From positions 1,736,001-1,800,000 of the forward strand of contig NC_047066.1 in the NCBI RefSeq assembly GCF_902459465.1: DNA of 64,000 nucleotides. The letters run 5' to 3'. The stretch is from Asterias rubens (Eukaryota). Below the pieces are notes generated by a model. That model was not told the origin of the DNA. It did not search any database and worked only from the letters and a program-made list of their open reading frames with translations. Positions 20,721 through 31,671 of this stretch are shown in pieces (within the stretch, counting starts at the first letter, position 1; each line of letters starts with the position of its first letter). The translations under genes and the position numbers were made by a program.

Positions 20721-23700
20721 CTATCAATACAGAAAGTGAAGTATTAGTTTAACATTCTCTTTAAAGAGAAGGGTTGGTTCTTAGACTATAATGGCCTGGT
20801 TCTTCTCAGAACCAAAAAGGCTCAGAATCAACAAGGCTCATTGCTACAAGGCTTAATAGCAATTTCATATCGGGATCGACAATTGTCAAATAGAGCGTCA
20901 ACTGAAAAATGCATATACATTTGAAGAAAGAAATCTCAACATCCACAAGTGGAAGTATTTTTTTTTTTTTAAATGAATGTCTCTGGGCTTATTTTCCCCT
21001 TCTTTTTTGAAACTACATTTACAAGGAGTTCCAAAATATGCAAAATTCATTTGAGGAAATCCATTTAACAATCTTTTAGTACCTGGGTGTACGGTACTTA
21101 ACACACATGGTTGTATAAAAATAGTAATCAATAAGCCATCCTGTAAAATCATAACAGTATCCTTACTCTGTGTCTGCCATTTTCTCAAGAAGATGTACTC
21201 GTACTTTCATCGGGAAATCAACTATGGAAAAAAAAAGAGGAAAAAACAAGCTTTACAGTCAAGTTCACATCAGCTTTTGGGATGGACTCTGCTAGGTTCC
21301 AAACCATTACTAATTTTAAGAGCAGTGATTCATTGCTGTCTAAAAAGGTCTCAAATTTGGATCCAAGTTTGAGGCGGCATATGGAAGATGGCATTTCCGT
21401 CTTTTAGTAACCCCTGGAGTTATTATTATATATTAAGTGAACTTAATCACTGCAGCTCGCCTGCCTGAGGAAACCTCTACACAAGGGTGCTTGCTATGTG
21501 ATTCAGAAATACTGAGGTTTATCCCTATTCTTCCATAAAAAGCATTCCGGGTTCTTTTACTTTCACTACCGATCCAAGAATGGAACCTACGGCTTAATGT
21601 CATGACCGAGATTCGAACCCATACTCTGCCGATCAGAAACACCAGAGTTCAAGTCCAATGCGCTTAACCCCTTGGGCTCGACACGCCTACAGGAAGCTTC
21701 TTGGAACAGTATCCACAGTGCTCCACCAGGGATAGAGTTACATGAATGCCACAGCCTCTGTTGCCCTGTTCTTGGCCTTGGTGCCCCTTCAAAACTTCAC
21801 AATAGACTTTTAAGATTTTCGAATGGAAGTGCCCCATCGCAGAATGAAAAGGGCCTTGCCCTCTCAAAGATGAAACTTCAGGCCTGTCCCCCCCCCCCAA
21901 CAAGAATGAAATTACAGTCTTGCAAAGTTAGTTTTCAGACCCCTGTAGAGTATCAAGTGTCTAACTACTGTGCTAATTTCTTTTATATAACTGACATACA
22001 GATCCTTGTCATTTGATTGGTGGAACTTACTTTACGTGACATTCACTATTACTCCCATCCGTACCAACAATCAAAAAGACCTATTCGCCCATGGGGAATA
22101 GCATTTCCCATTCAACAGTTAGGATCATCCTTGTTCCCAATGTTTTTGAGCAGTACAGCGCCGCAGCGCCACTGCTAAAACAAAAGAAGCACCTGTGCAA
22201 AAGGTTGTGATCCAATTTGTGCATTGTTGCCGCTACCCGACGCTATATGATTTTTGGTTGTCAGTAATTTGTGTGATTTTTCATAATGTTATACTTTTAA
22301 AATACATCAAATGACAAGGATCTATATGTCAGTTATATAAAACAAATATTGAGTGGCTTTAGTTCGTGGAATGGAAGGAATATTATCGCTCTGTAAAATT
22401 TGGACTGTCCATTTCACTCGGCTTCGCCTCGTGAAATGAAAGAGTCCAAATTTTACCTTGGGATAACATTCCTTCCATTCCACTCTGAGCCAATGAATAT
22501 TTGTATACTACTCACTTCTGTGTACATAAATGTGGACCTCAGTCAGTATATCTTGAAGTGCCAAACCTTTCAATGTCTTCAGTTTCATGATGTCTGTTCA
22601 TCATAACATGTAAGGAAGAATCAAATCATGCAGGAAAAACAGGTCATGGGTAGATTTCTTAAAGCACTTAAGAGTCACCTTAAGATGAGTTGCCAGTTTT
22701 GCCATAGTGATTTGTATTGTGACATAACACTTTGCTTAGCAATTAAGAGTGATGTTTAAAAAAAATATGTTAATAAATACAGGCAAATTTGATTAAAAAC
22801 TAGGGTCGGTCTGTATAAAGGCTCCGATGGGCTGTTTAGGCTATTTAACAATAATCTGTGTACAGTTCAAATCACATAATCAGAAGATTGAAATCTAGGA
22901 CATTCCTGTCTAAAAACTCTCAGATCCAGCAAAAAGGCTAGGCAAGTTAGAAAATATCTACTCTCTGTAGAAAGTCATAGCGAAGAACCCAAGCTCCCAA
23001 TGTGATTGATTAATTTATTAATTGATTGATTGAGGATACTGTTATATGCAGTTGTGTAGTCTTTGTTCAACATCCAGTCTACGATGCTCTCAATGTCCGA
23101 CCTCAGCGGGTGCCCTGTACACTGGTAAACGTTCTCTTCATTGACAATATCATATGCCATGGATGTACTCTGTTGTGAAATGTAAAAAGAAAGACTTGAT
23201 AATCTTTAAATGTTATTAAGTGTAAGTGCATTATCCCTTGAAGTTTTCATTAGCATCAACTCATACAAGTGTTTTACGGGGATCTTTTCTCAATCTGACA
23301 AAATCCAACACCATTTGAACTCAACACCCAAGACTCTAATTGAGGTGGTATGACAGATCCCATGTGAAGCGTAATCAGTTTACTTGTGCAGTCCTTAGTC
23401 CAACACCATACAGTAACTCAGCACTCAAACTACTGGACTCTGATTATGGTGGTATGCCTGATCCCATGTAAAGCATAATCAGTTTACTAGTGCACTGTCC
23501 TCAGTCCAACACCATTCAGTAACTCAGCACTCAAACTACTGGACTCTGATTATGGTGGTATGCCTGATCCCATGTAAAGCATGATCAGTTTACTAGTGCA
23601 GTCCTCAGTCCAACACCATACAGTAACTCAACACCCAAACTGTTGGACTCTGATTATGGTGGTATGCCTGATCCCATGTAAAGCATGATCAGTTTACTAG

Positions 23701-26700
23701 TGCAGTCCTCAGTCCAACACCATTCAGTAACTCAACACCCAAACTGTTGGACTCTGATTATGGTGGTATGCCTGATCCCATGTAAAGCATGATCAGTTTA
23801 CTTGTGCAGTCCCCAGTCCAACACCATTCAGTAACTCAACAGCCAAACTGTTGGATTCTGATTATGGTGGTATGCCTGATCCCATGTAAAGCATGATCAG
23901 TTTACTAGTGCAGTCCTCAGTCCAACACCATTCAGTAACTCAACACCCAAACTGTTGGACTCTGATTATGGTGGTATGCCTGATCCCATGTAAAGCATAA
24001 TCAGTTTACTAGTGCACTGTCCTCAGTCCAACACCATTCAGTAACTCAGCACTCAAACTACTGGACTCTGATTATGGTGGTATGCCTGATCCCATGTGAA
24101 GCATAATCAGTTTACTAGTGCAGTCCCCAGTCTAACACCATTCAGTAACTCAACACCCAAACTGTTGGACTCTGATTATGGTGGTATGCCTGATCCCATG
24201 TAAAGCATAATCAGTTTACTAGTGCACTGTCCTCAGTCCAACAACATTCAGTAACTCAACACCCAAACTGTTGGACTCTGATTATGGTGGTATGCCTGAT
24301 CCCATGTAAAGCATTCAGTTTACTAGTGCAGTCCTCAGTCCATCAACATTCTGTAACACCCAAACTGTTGGACTCTGATTGGTGGCATACCTGATCCCAT
24401 GAGTAATTTACTAGGATCCTTCCCGACTCTAACAAATTCCAACACCATAACTCAACAAGTATTGTAGAATCAATGTTACCTGTAGTATGTTGATTGAGCG
24501 ACGCATATCTCCTTTGGACAATGTAACGAGTGCATTCAGTCCATCCTCAGTCACATTCACTCTTTAAAAAAATAATGAAAATAAATAATCTTTTCACAGC
24601 TTTTCAGATTAAAATTTAAACTTTGGTTGTTTGGTAGAAGGGAGTGCTTCTCAAACTCTCTAGCCTTAGCTGGTTTTGATATTCGAAGGGGCAGTCTAAG
24701 CTGGTCTTAAACCCTGCAGGGGGCAGCCTTAGTTGGTGAATCAAAGCGTAGTCTGATGGGTGAATAGAATGTCCAGATGGATTATAAAAGTCAGCTGTCA
24801 AACTGATTCCAAAAAATTTAAAGCACTATAAAGTTGTTCCAGGAGAAAACAAAATCACTTGAGAAAGCCTGTTTACACAGAATCGGCAGATATACATTAC
24901 ACCCGACCTGAAGTCAGAAGTAGGATTTAAAACTTTGCAGAGTGAAAATACAATAGGTTTTGCTAAGTTCTGCAAATAACGCTTTGTGTAACAACTTGCC
25001 GTTGAAACCTCAACGCTTTCGCCTGAATACGATCAGAGCATACTGATCAACAGGTTGGGATAATTCACCATTGGCTCAGAACCACCACAACTGATAAAAG
25101 AGACTAATAAGTATGTATGTAGTATTTCCAAAAACCTCACTGGATAATTTTCTATTGTAAACATCTGACATTTCTTACCTCTCTTCATTGATAACATGTT
25201 GCACCCTGGGCACCATTTGCTTCATGTCCAGAGGTCCAAAGCGAAACCTTGTACACCGAGACTGAAGTGCAGGGATGATCTTGGACAGATAGTTGCAAAT
25301 TAAGCAAAACCGAGTATTCTCTGTGAACTTCTCAATCACTATGATGGGAAAGACATGAAAAAAAAAATTATTTTAAGATCAAAGACAAACATATGGTGTT
25401 GGACTGGATCTGTAAACAAAGCATTCAAGTTTTGTGCTTTGTGAAAGGTCGTTAAGCAGACAATACAGCTTGAGTGGGACACCAGTCACAACAATGTAAA
25501 CTTAATGTAATTTGGGCTGGTAATCTGTTTCTGTTAAGCAAATGTTTTCTGTGCTTAGCAAGTTTTCGTGCTTACAGGCTTTATGAAATGAGCCCAGGAC
25601 TGCGGTTGTGTTGAGGAATCAAACAAAACTTTGGTTGTAAAGTTTCAGATATATTCAAACATTTCTTTCTTAAATGATTGTACTGCCTTCCAGGTTTTGG
25701 TTACTGTTTGGTTTAAGTTTAAGTTTACTCAATGTTGTAATTTGTTTGCTTAGAACTGCTTCTGGCTGGTCCTGGTTTTGGGGATGGTTAATTTTTAGAC
25801 TTTTTAGTGTGTTTTTATAATTGTATTGCTGTTTTTGAATTTCTTAGGTTTGTTGATTAATTACCTAGATTAGTGTTTTTTGGCCTTTGCTTTTTAAATT
25901 GTTTCTCTGTGAAGCGCCTTGAGCGTCTTTTAGGCGGACTTTGGCGCTATATAAGTTTTTGTTATTATTATTTTATTATTCTTATTCTCAGTGAGAATAA
26001 GAAAGATTTTTTGTACCTCTCCTGAGTGCATTCTGAGCATCATTTGTCATAGCATCTGCCTCGTCAAGAATAACTAACTTGAATCCAGACTTGAAGATTG
26101 TTCTTGTGCTGGCAAAGCTGAGGATAGGACCTCTAACGATACCGATACCTCGATCATCTGAAGCATTCAACTGGAAATATGAAAACGTAACATTATTTTC
26201 CTCAAATCACAAGATGGTGTAGTTCCATTCGCACTACAAAGAAATTACAAGAAGCCAATTTGAGATAATGGTGGACACATTAAAGTTGCACTATTTGGTT
26301 TGGGTCTATACGATAAATAAAATAAATAAAATATCAGCCGTATACACCAAATCAAATTGCACTCCTATAGTGTCCGCTATATCTCAAAAGGCTAATGAAA
26401 CAAGTGAGTAATCACTACACTCACTAGCACTAGACTTGTTCACAAGTCCACTTATGCTATGAGCACAACTTTGTTTTATTCATTGAAGCCAAGTTCATAG
26501 TTCCTGCAAATGGGAATGCGACACGAATGATGATGTCACATATTCGCAACGAATAATTCGAAGCAGTGGAGTTGTGCTCCACTCTTTTGCACATACATGT
26601 ATCACTGCGAAAACAGAGTTGCAGTTGAGTTGTGCTCCACTCTTTTGCACATACATGTATCACTGCGAAAACAGAGTTGCAGTTGAGTTGTGCTCCACTC

Positions 26701-29700
26701 TTTTGCACATACATGTATCACTGCGAAAACAGAGTTGCAGTTGAGTTGTGCTCCACTCTTTTGCACATACATGTATCACTGCGAAAACAGAGTTGCAGTT
26801 GAGTTGTGCTCCACTCTTTTGCACATACATGTATCACTGCGAAAACAGAGTTGCAGTTGAGTTGTGCTCCACTCTTTTGCACATACATGTATCACTGCGA
26901 AAACAGAGTTGCAGTTGAGTTGTGCTCCACTCTTTTGCACATACATGTATCACTGCGAAAACAGAGTTGCAGTTGAGTTGTGCTCCACTCTTTTGCACAT
27001 ACATGTATCACTGCGAAAACAGAGTTGCAGTTGAGTTGTGCTCCACTCTTTTGCACATACATGTATCACTGCGAAAACAGAGTTGCAGTTGAGTTGTGCT
27101 CCACTCTTTTGCACATACATGTATCACTGCGAAAACAGAGTTTGCAGTTGAGTTGTGCTCCACTCTTTTGCACATACATGTATCACTGCGAAAACAGAGT
27201 TGCAGTTGAGTTGTGCTCCACTCTTTTGCACATACATGTATCACTGCGAAAACAGAGTTGCAGTTGAGTTGTGCTCCACTCTTTTGCACATACATGTATC
27301 ACTGCGAAAACAGAGTTGCAGTTGAGTTGTGCTCCACTCTTTTGCACATACATGTATCACTGCGAAAACAGAGTTGCAGTTGAGTTGTGCTCCACTCTTT
27401 TGCACATACATGTATCACTGCGAAAACAGAGTTGCAGTTGAGTTGTGCTCCACTCTTTTGCACATACATGTATCACTGCGAAAACAGAGTTGCAGTTGAG
27501 TTGTGCTCCACTCTTTTGCACATACATGTATCACTGCGAAAACAGAGTTGAATCACATTCGCACTCGCAGGAAGTATGAACCAGGCTTAACTTGGTCTAT
27601 AGTATTTGTTTGGGTGTTGTTGTTAAATAAAAATAAAAAATGTGGGGGAGGGGGGGGGGGATATAACATGACTGGAAAGAGTTAATGGTTTCCCTTGTAT
27701 GGCATAACAAAACCAAATTGCCAAACAAGTTGTATCAGTTGAGACGATGAAAATTGCTGGCAAAATCATTCCCTGTAGTTGAGCTGAAAGCAAGAGATTT
27801 TTTCAACCGATATGAATAGAGCATAATTCCAACAGAAACCAGAAAGCTAGGTGCCTGATTCTACCTCTAAGACCATGGAGTTAAATTCCTTGGGTGTGTA
27901 GAGCTGTTTCGCACATGCAAGAATAGTTGAGGTCTTTCCGGTACCAGGAGGTCCATAGAAGAGGAGATGAGGAAGTCGATCTTCATTCATAAACTTCTGA
28001 ACTGTTGAGGTAGGAAAACAAAAACAGGAATTTCCGTAAGTCCTATATTTAAGAAAATAGAATTAATTGTTGCAAACTGCTTATAAAAGGACCTATGGTA
28101 TTGACCCAATTCACCTGATGTCATCATCAAAATGACATATACTGGTGGGCAATGTCATTGTACATTATTCAGTGAAGTGCGAATTTTAGGCAACGCGGCA
28201 TTTACAGGGAAACATATTGCCCACCAACATGGTGAGCAGGGACAGTTGCAGCGTGTGACGTGCGTGCAAGGGGTCAATAAATGCAAAAAAATTGTTAATG
28301 GCCTGATGTTTTGAAGTCTTTGAGAAACTCTCTTCTAGGGTCAAAACGATTGCTGTCCTACTTTAAAATAAACATGATTTAAAACTATCTTGTCTTCTCT
28401 CTGATCCTTGCTTTCAACTCCAGGGTTTGTCCTCAGCATTTTCAGTGACTAGCCAGAAGGACCAGTAAGCTTTTCATTTCATTGGTGTGTCAGATTTTGC
28501 ACTTGTCCATAATTCATGGGATGCTTTCTAACACTGAACTATCCAGCCGAACCACTTGGCGAGAAATTAAACTGCTCCTGAGATTTTGTTGCTGGCAATT
28601 GGCCAGCAGACTACTGTAGTGTTAAGGTAGAACGCTCCGTAGCAACTTTCCCTACAGAGATCTTCTGTTTTACTCAGAGTCAGTCTGTTCTCCCGGTCTC
28701 TTTGAGAGAAACTCTGCACGGGTCCATGTGAGGCCATTAATAAAGCAGGATTTATTTTTAATGCTTAAATGATTTCATAAATAACTCACTTGTTGAGATA
28801 ATTTCTTGATGTGAGATGAGGTCTTCCAACTTATTTGGCCTGTACTTCTCCACCCTGTGTGGCACGGAACACAAATTAAATATTGAAAAATTGTTTTTCC
28901 AACTTCAGTCATAAAACTTATAAGATTGTCATTGTCAATAATTGTGCATGTACACCTGTCCTCAAAAATGTGTACGAACATATGGAGTGGGGGGTATTCC
29001 TATATCAATTTGTAGTGTTTTCCATTTTGTCCAACTTCTGTGTAAGTAAAGTGTAAGTTACCGACGTTGGACAAAATGGAAACCACTGCTCCATGTTGGT
29101 ACACATTTGACGAAAAGTTGAACTGTCGGTCGGTCAAGGCGTCTTGTTTGATGTAAGCTTGTACGTATACTACATGAAGTGTGTTGTTAAAAAAATTATC
29201 ATTACACACTTCTAATCTTATAGAATATCGTAGATAAAAAACACTCCACTCACTAGCCACTCGCAGCCCCGGTGTGTCTAGCAATGCGAACATCTTCAAT
29301 CATTTGATTTGATTTGAACGCTGCTAAAAAAAAGCAATAAAGAAGCAATTGATTTTCCTCCGCCAACCCTACATCATTCAAACCCCTTGCCTTAGTTAGT
29401 TAGGACATTTCCTACACTGTAAAGCAAATAAAAAGTGCCAAACACTTAAATTTTGTGGTCAGATATATTATTAAAATGCACACAAGAGGGCGGAGTTCAG
29501 CTGCACTGCTTGGCACACTGCAGCTGGCTCCACAGCATTATTATTACACTAGGCGGTTTTTATTGACAAAATCACTGGCAAATGCACAACATTTTATTCT
29601 TAAAAAACACTTAGAGCCCCTCAATTTTAATAGAAAATCACACAACCACTGCGTTAGAGAAAGGGTGTGGTTAGCATTGATGTAAGCAAAATCAAAATTG

Positions 29701-29759
29701 TACGAAAAGTGTCCTTACCAAGGGAGATTTGCCGGAGTTTTAGCTCCCGTTATGGCCAT
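20624..29759 (-). CDS. RFC5: Replication factor C subunit 5: complement(join(20624..20720,21167..21221,22516..22593,23040..23169,24480..24561,25179..25338,26017..26170,27865..28001,28790..28854,29719..29759)), 332 aa
   Basis: The spliced product contains NLPWVEKYRP, Walker [17 protein letters not shown], Walker B ILDEAD, SRC ([13 protein letters not shown]), CTGHPL and the C-terminal [11 protein letters not shown]...EA*. The ten exons sum to 999 nt and every junction is GT-AG with consistent phase. Confidence 0.96.
21167..21221 (-). CDS. RFC5: RFC5 exon 9
   Basis: [19 protein letters not shown]|GTAAGG. Confidence 0.92.
21983..22507. mobile_element. Bipartite element: TTATATAA-bounded inverted module plus a 161-bp palindrome centred on GGCTTCGCC
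   Basis: 21983-22020 is the reverse complement of 22306-22340; palindrome 22343-22503 runs CAAATATT...AATATTTG. Confidence 0.75.
22516..22593 (-). CDS. RFC5: RFC5 exon 8
   Basis: [26 protein letters not shown]|GTGAGT. Confidence 0.93.
23040..23169 (-). CDS. RFC5: RFC5 exon 7
   Basis: [43 protein letters not shown]. Confidence 0.94.
23320..24420. repeat. Tandem array of about 11 units of 104-106 bp in RFC5 intron 6
   Basis: ggtggtatg (degenerate in the last unit) at 23344, 23448, 23554, 23658, 23762, 23866, 23970, 24076, 24180, 24286 and 24381. Confidence 0.95.
24480..24561 (-). CDS. RFC5: RFC5 exon 6
   Basis: [27 protein letters not shown]|GTAAC. Confidence 0.93.
25179..25338 (-). CDS. 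RFC5: RFC5 exon 5
   Basis: [52 protein letters not shown]. Confidence 0.95.
26017..26170 (-). CDS. RFC5: RFC5 exon 4
   Basis: [51 protein letters not shown]. Confidence 0.95.
26571..27550. repeat. Near-perfect 58-bp minisatellite x17 in RFC5 intron 3
   Basis: gttgtgctccactcttttgcacatacatgtatcactgcgaaaacagagttgcagttga; only a 1-bp insertion near 27142. Confidence 0.97.
27865..28001 (-). CDS. RFC5: RFC5 exon 3
   Basis: [34 protein letters not shown]...MVLE|GTAGAA. Confidence 0.95.
28790..28854 (-). CDS. RFC5: RFC5 exon 2
   Basis: cag|[23 protein letters not shown]|GTGAGT. Confidence 0.93.
29719..29759 (-). CDS. RFC5: RFC5 exon 1
   Basis: [13 protein letters not shown]+TG|GTAAGG. Confidence 0.88.
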
Positions 29760-30283
29760 GTTGACTTTTTTGTTTGGCGCGAATGAGTTCACAAGGTGCC
29801 GACTTATGACGTCAGCACTTCACGTGATTGATAGGTAGGTACGTGCACTTTATGTCGTGTGTGTACGAAGTACCTGTGTGTGTGTGTGTGGGGCCAACTA
29901 CTAATGATATGGGGAGGCTTCTGTTAGATTTATTAAATTTTCTTTATTCAAATTCCATAAATCTGATGATAAAATAATAATTATTATCCGATAGTTTTAA
30001 TAGCTATATAGGTAATACTTAATAACTGTAGATGGTATAAATTACGTCATTTTGAAAATGTAAGATTAAATTAAACTACATTTGTCCCCTCAACGTGAGT
30101 CATTGGGTTTTGCATTACCTATATGAAAAATGGTTTGAACTAGATCCCATAAAAAAAATATGTCTGCTTGATGTTGTCAGAGTGCGACACCCAGAAATGT
30201 CCCGTCATTTTCATAGATTTTTCCCAGATCTGAAGGTGGATCATTGAGTTAGATTTCTTCCCCAGATCGGTTGAGTAACGGTC
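29760..30283. promoter_or_regulatory. Probable bidirectional promoter shared by RFC5 and KSR
   Basis: 524 bp between the divergent ATGs; E2F-type TTTGGCGCGAA at 29773-29783; CRE TGACGTCA at 29807-29814; E-box CACGTG at 29821-29826. Confidence 0.62.
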
Positions 30284-30430
30284 ATGGCGGATGAACACTT
30301 GGCAGTGTCCACGGCTTTGGAGAACTTGCGGGCAATCCAGTCCGTAATCGACGGCCGAATTTCCAGTTTGGATGGATTGCGGAAGCTGGGATCCAGCGAC
30401 TACACGCAACATGAAATTAAAACTGTTGAG
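30284..30430 (+). CDS. KSR: KSR exon 1 (CC-SAM)
   Basis: gtcATGG start; 49 codons; GAG|GTACGT. Confidence 0.9.
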
Positions 30431-31624
30431 GTACGTAAGAACACCCGTGTTTTTTTAAGTAGTTGTGGTTTGTGTGTGTGCATGCTATGCCTATCGTGTT
30501 CATATTGTATTGTAAACTAGGTTAAATTTGTGTTCAGGGTTACTGGCGATTTCATTTTCAATTGTGCAACACTGTAACTATTACAATAACTTTATTTTAT
30601 GCATTTTTTTTTTTTTGCAAACCAAGTCCTTTTATATTATTTAATTCCAATTTCAATAACCTCTGACAGTCTAGTTGCGATAAGGTAACCCTTATGCCGA
30701 CGGCGTAGCCGGAGGGTTACGAGTCCGTCACTCCCATTCGATGCAGGGCGAAATATTTTAGTCAACTGATTTGCTCATTTTTTACGACTTTAAAAAATAG
30801 TGACACAAATTCTATGAACACGAACTTATGACACAAATTCTATGAACACGAACTTAATCCTCAAGTGTCAATGTCTAATGAATAAAATTCAAAAACACAA
30901 TTGAGAAAATATTTTGAAAAAAAGGACAAAAACTTAGCAGATTCCGGGAGCGAAACAGTCACAAATTTCCCAGGTTCTATTTTTGAACCTGTCGCTGTTT
31001 ACCATGCGTTGACCCCAAGCGCTGAACCCAACCGCAGGTACCAGCCAATTGAATTGACTACCTCCCGACCGAGCCGCAGCCGAGTTTGACTAAACCATTC
31101 TGTAAAAAGGGGTGTTACAAGGGGTGTTGCAGTGCGACAGTGCTTTAAGTGAGTGAACAGCGGGCATTGAAACGGACAGCGCACACGCACTGTCGCGCTG
31201 CCTTATAACACCCGTTTTACAGAATGGTTTAGTCCAACAGCAATGAACATCGGGAAGTCACAAAATGGTGAAGCGACAGGTTCAAAATAGAACCTGGGAA
31301 ATTTGTGACTGTTTCGCTGGTAAGTTTTTGTACTTTATTTCAAAATACTTAAGGTCGTGTTCATATAATTTATGTCATGATTGTACAATGTATGATACTT
31401 CTTCTGTTTTCTGTCTACGACGTTTGATCATCATGAGGTTCAGTCTGCTATCGTATCATAGAGGAGTTGATGCAGAACGAACCTCATGCCATAGTTTCCA
31501 TTCTGGGAGTATTATATTTCTACCTCCATGGTATAATCTAGGAGTAGTTCAAAGTAGGGTATCATTTTATCACTGTACTAAGTGACAGCATGGTGACAGG
31601 GTGACATGTGTACATGGGTTTTGA

Positions 31625-31671
<47 letters not shown>

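Noticed and set aside
23320-24420. 104-bp units as C/D or H/ACA snoRNAs
   Set aside because: No RTGATGA C box paired with a terminal CTGA D box, and no two-hairpin H/ACA layout, on either strand.
23320-27550. Repeat arrays as CRISPR arrays
   Set aside because: Units are contiguous with no unique spacers, there are no cas genes, and the context is eukaryotic and intronic.
26457-27685. ORFs in the 58-bp array
   Set aside because: Periodic translations of a minisatellite with no protein similarity.
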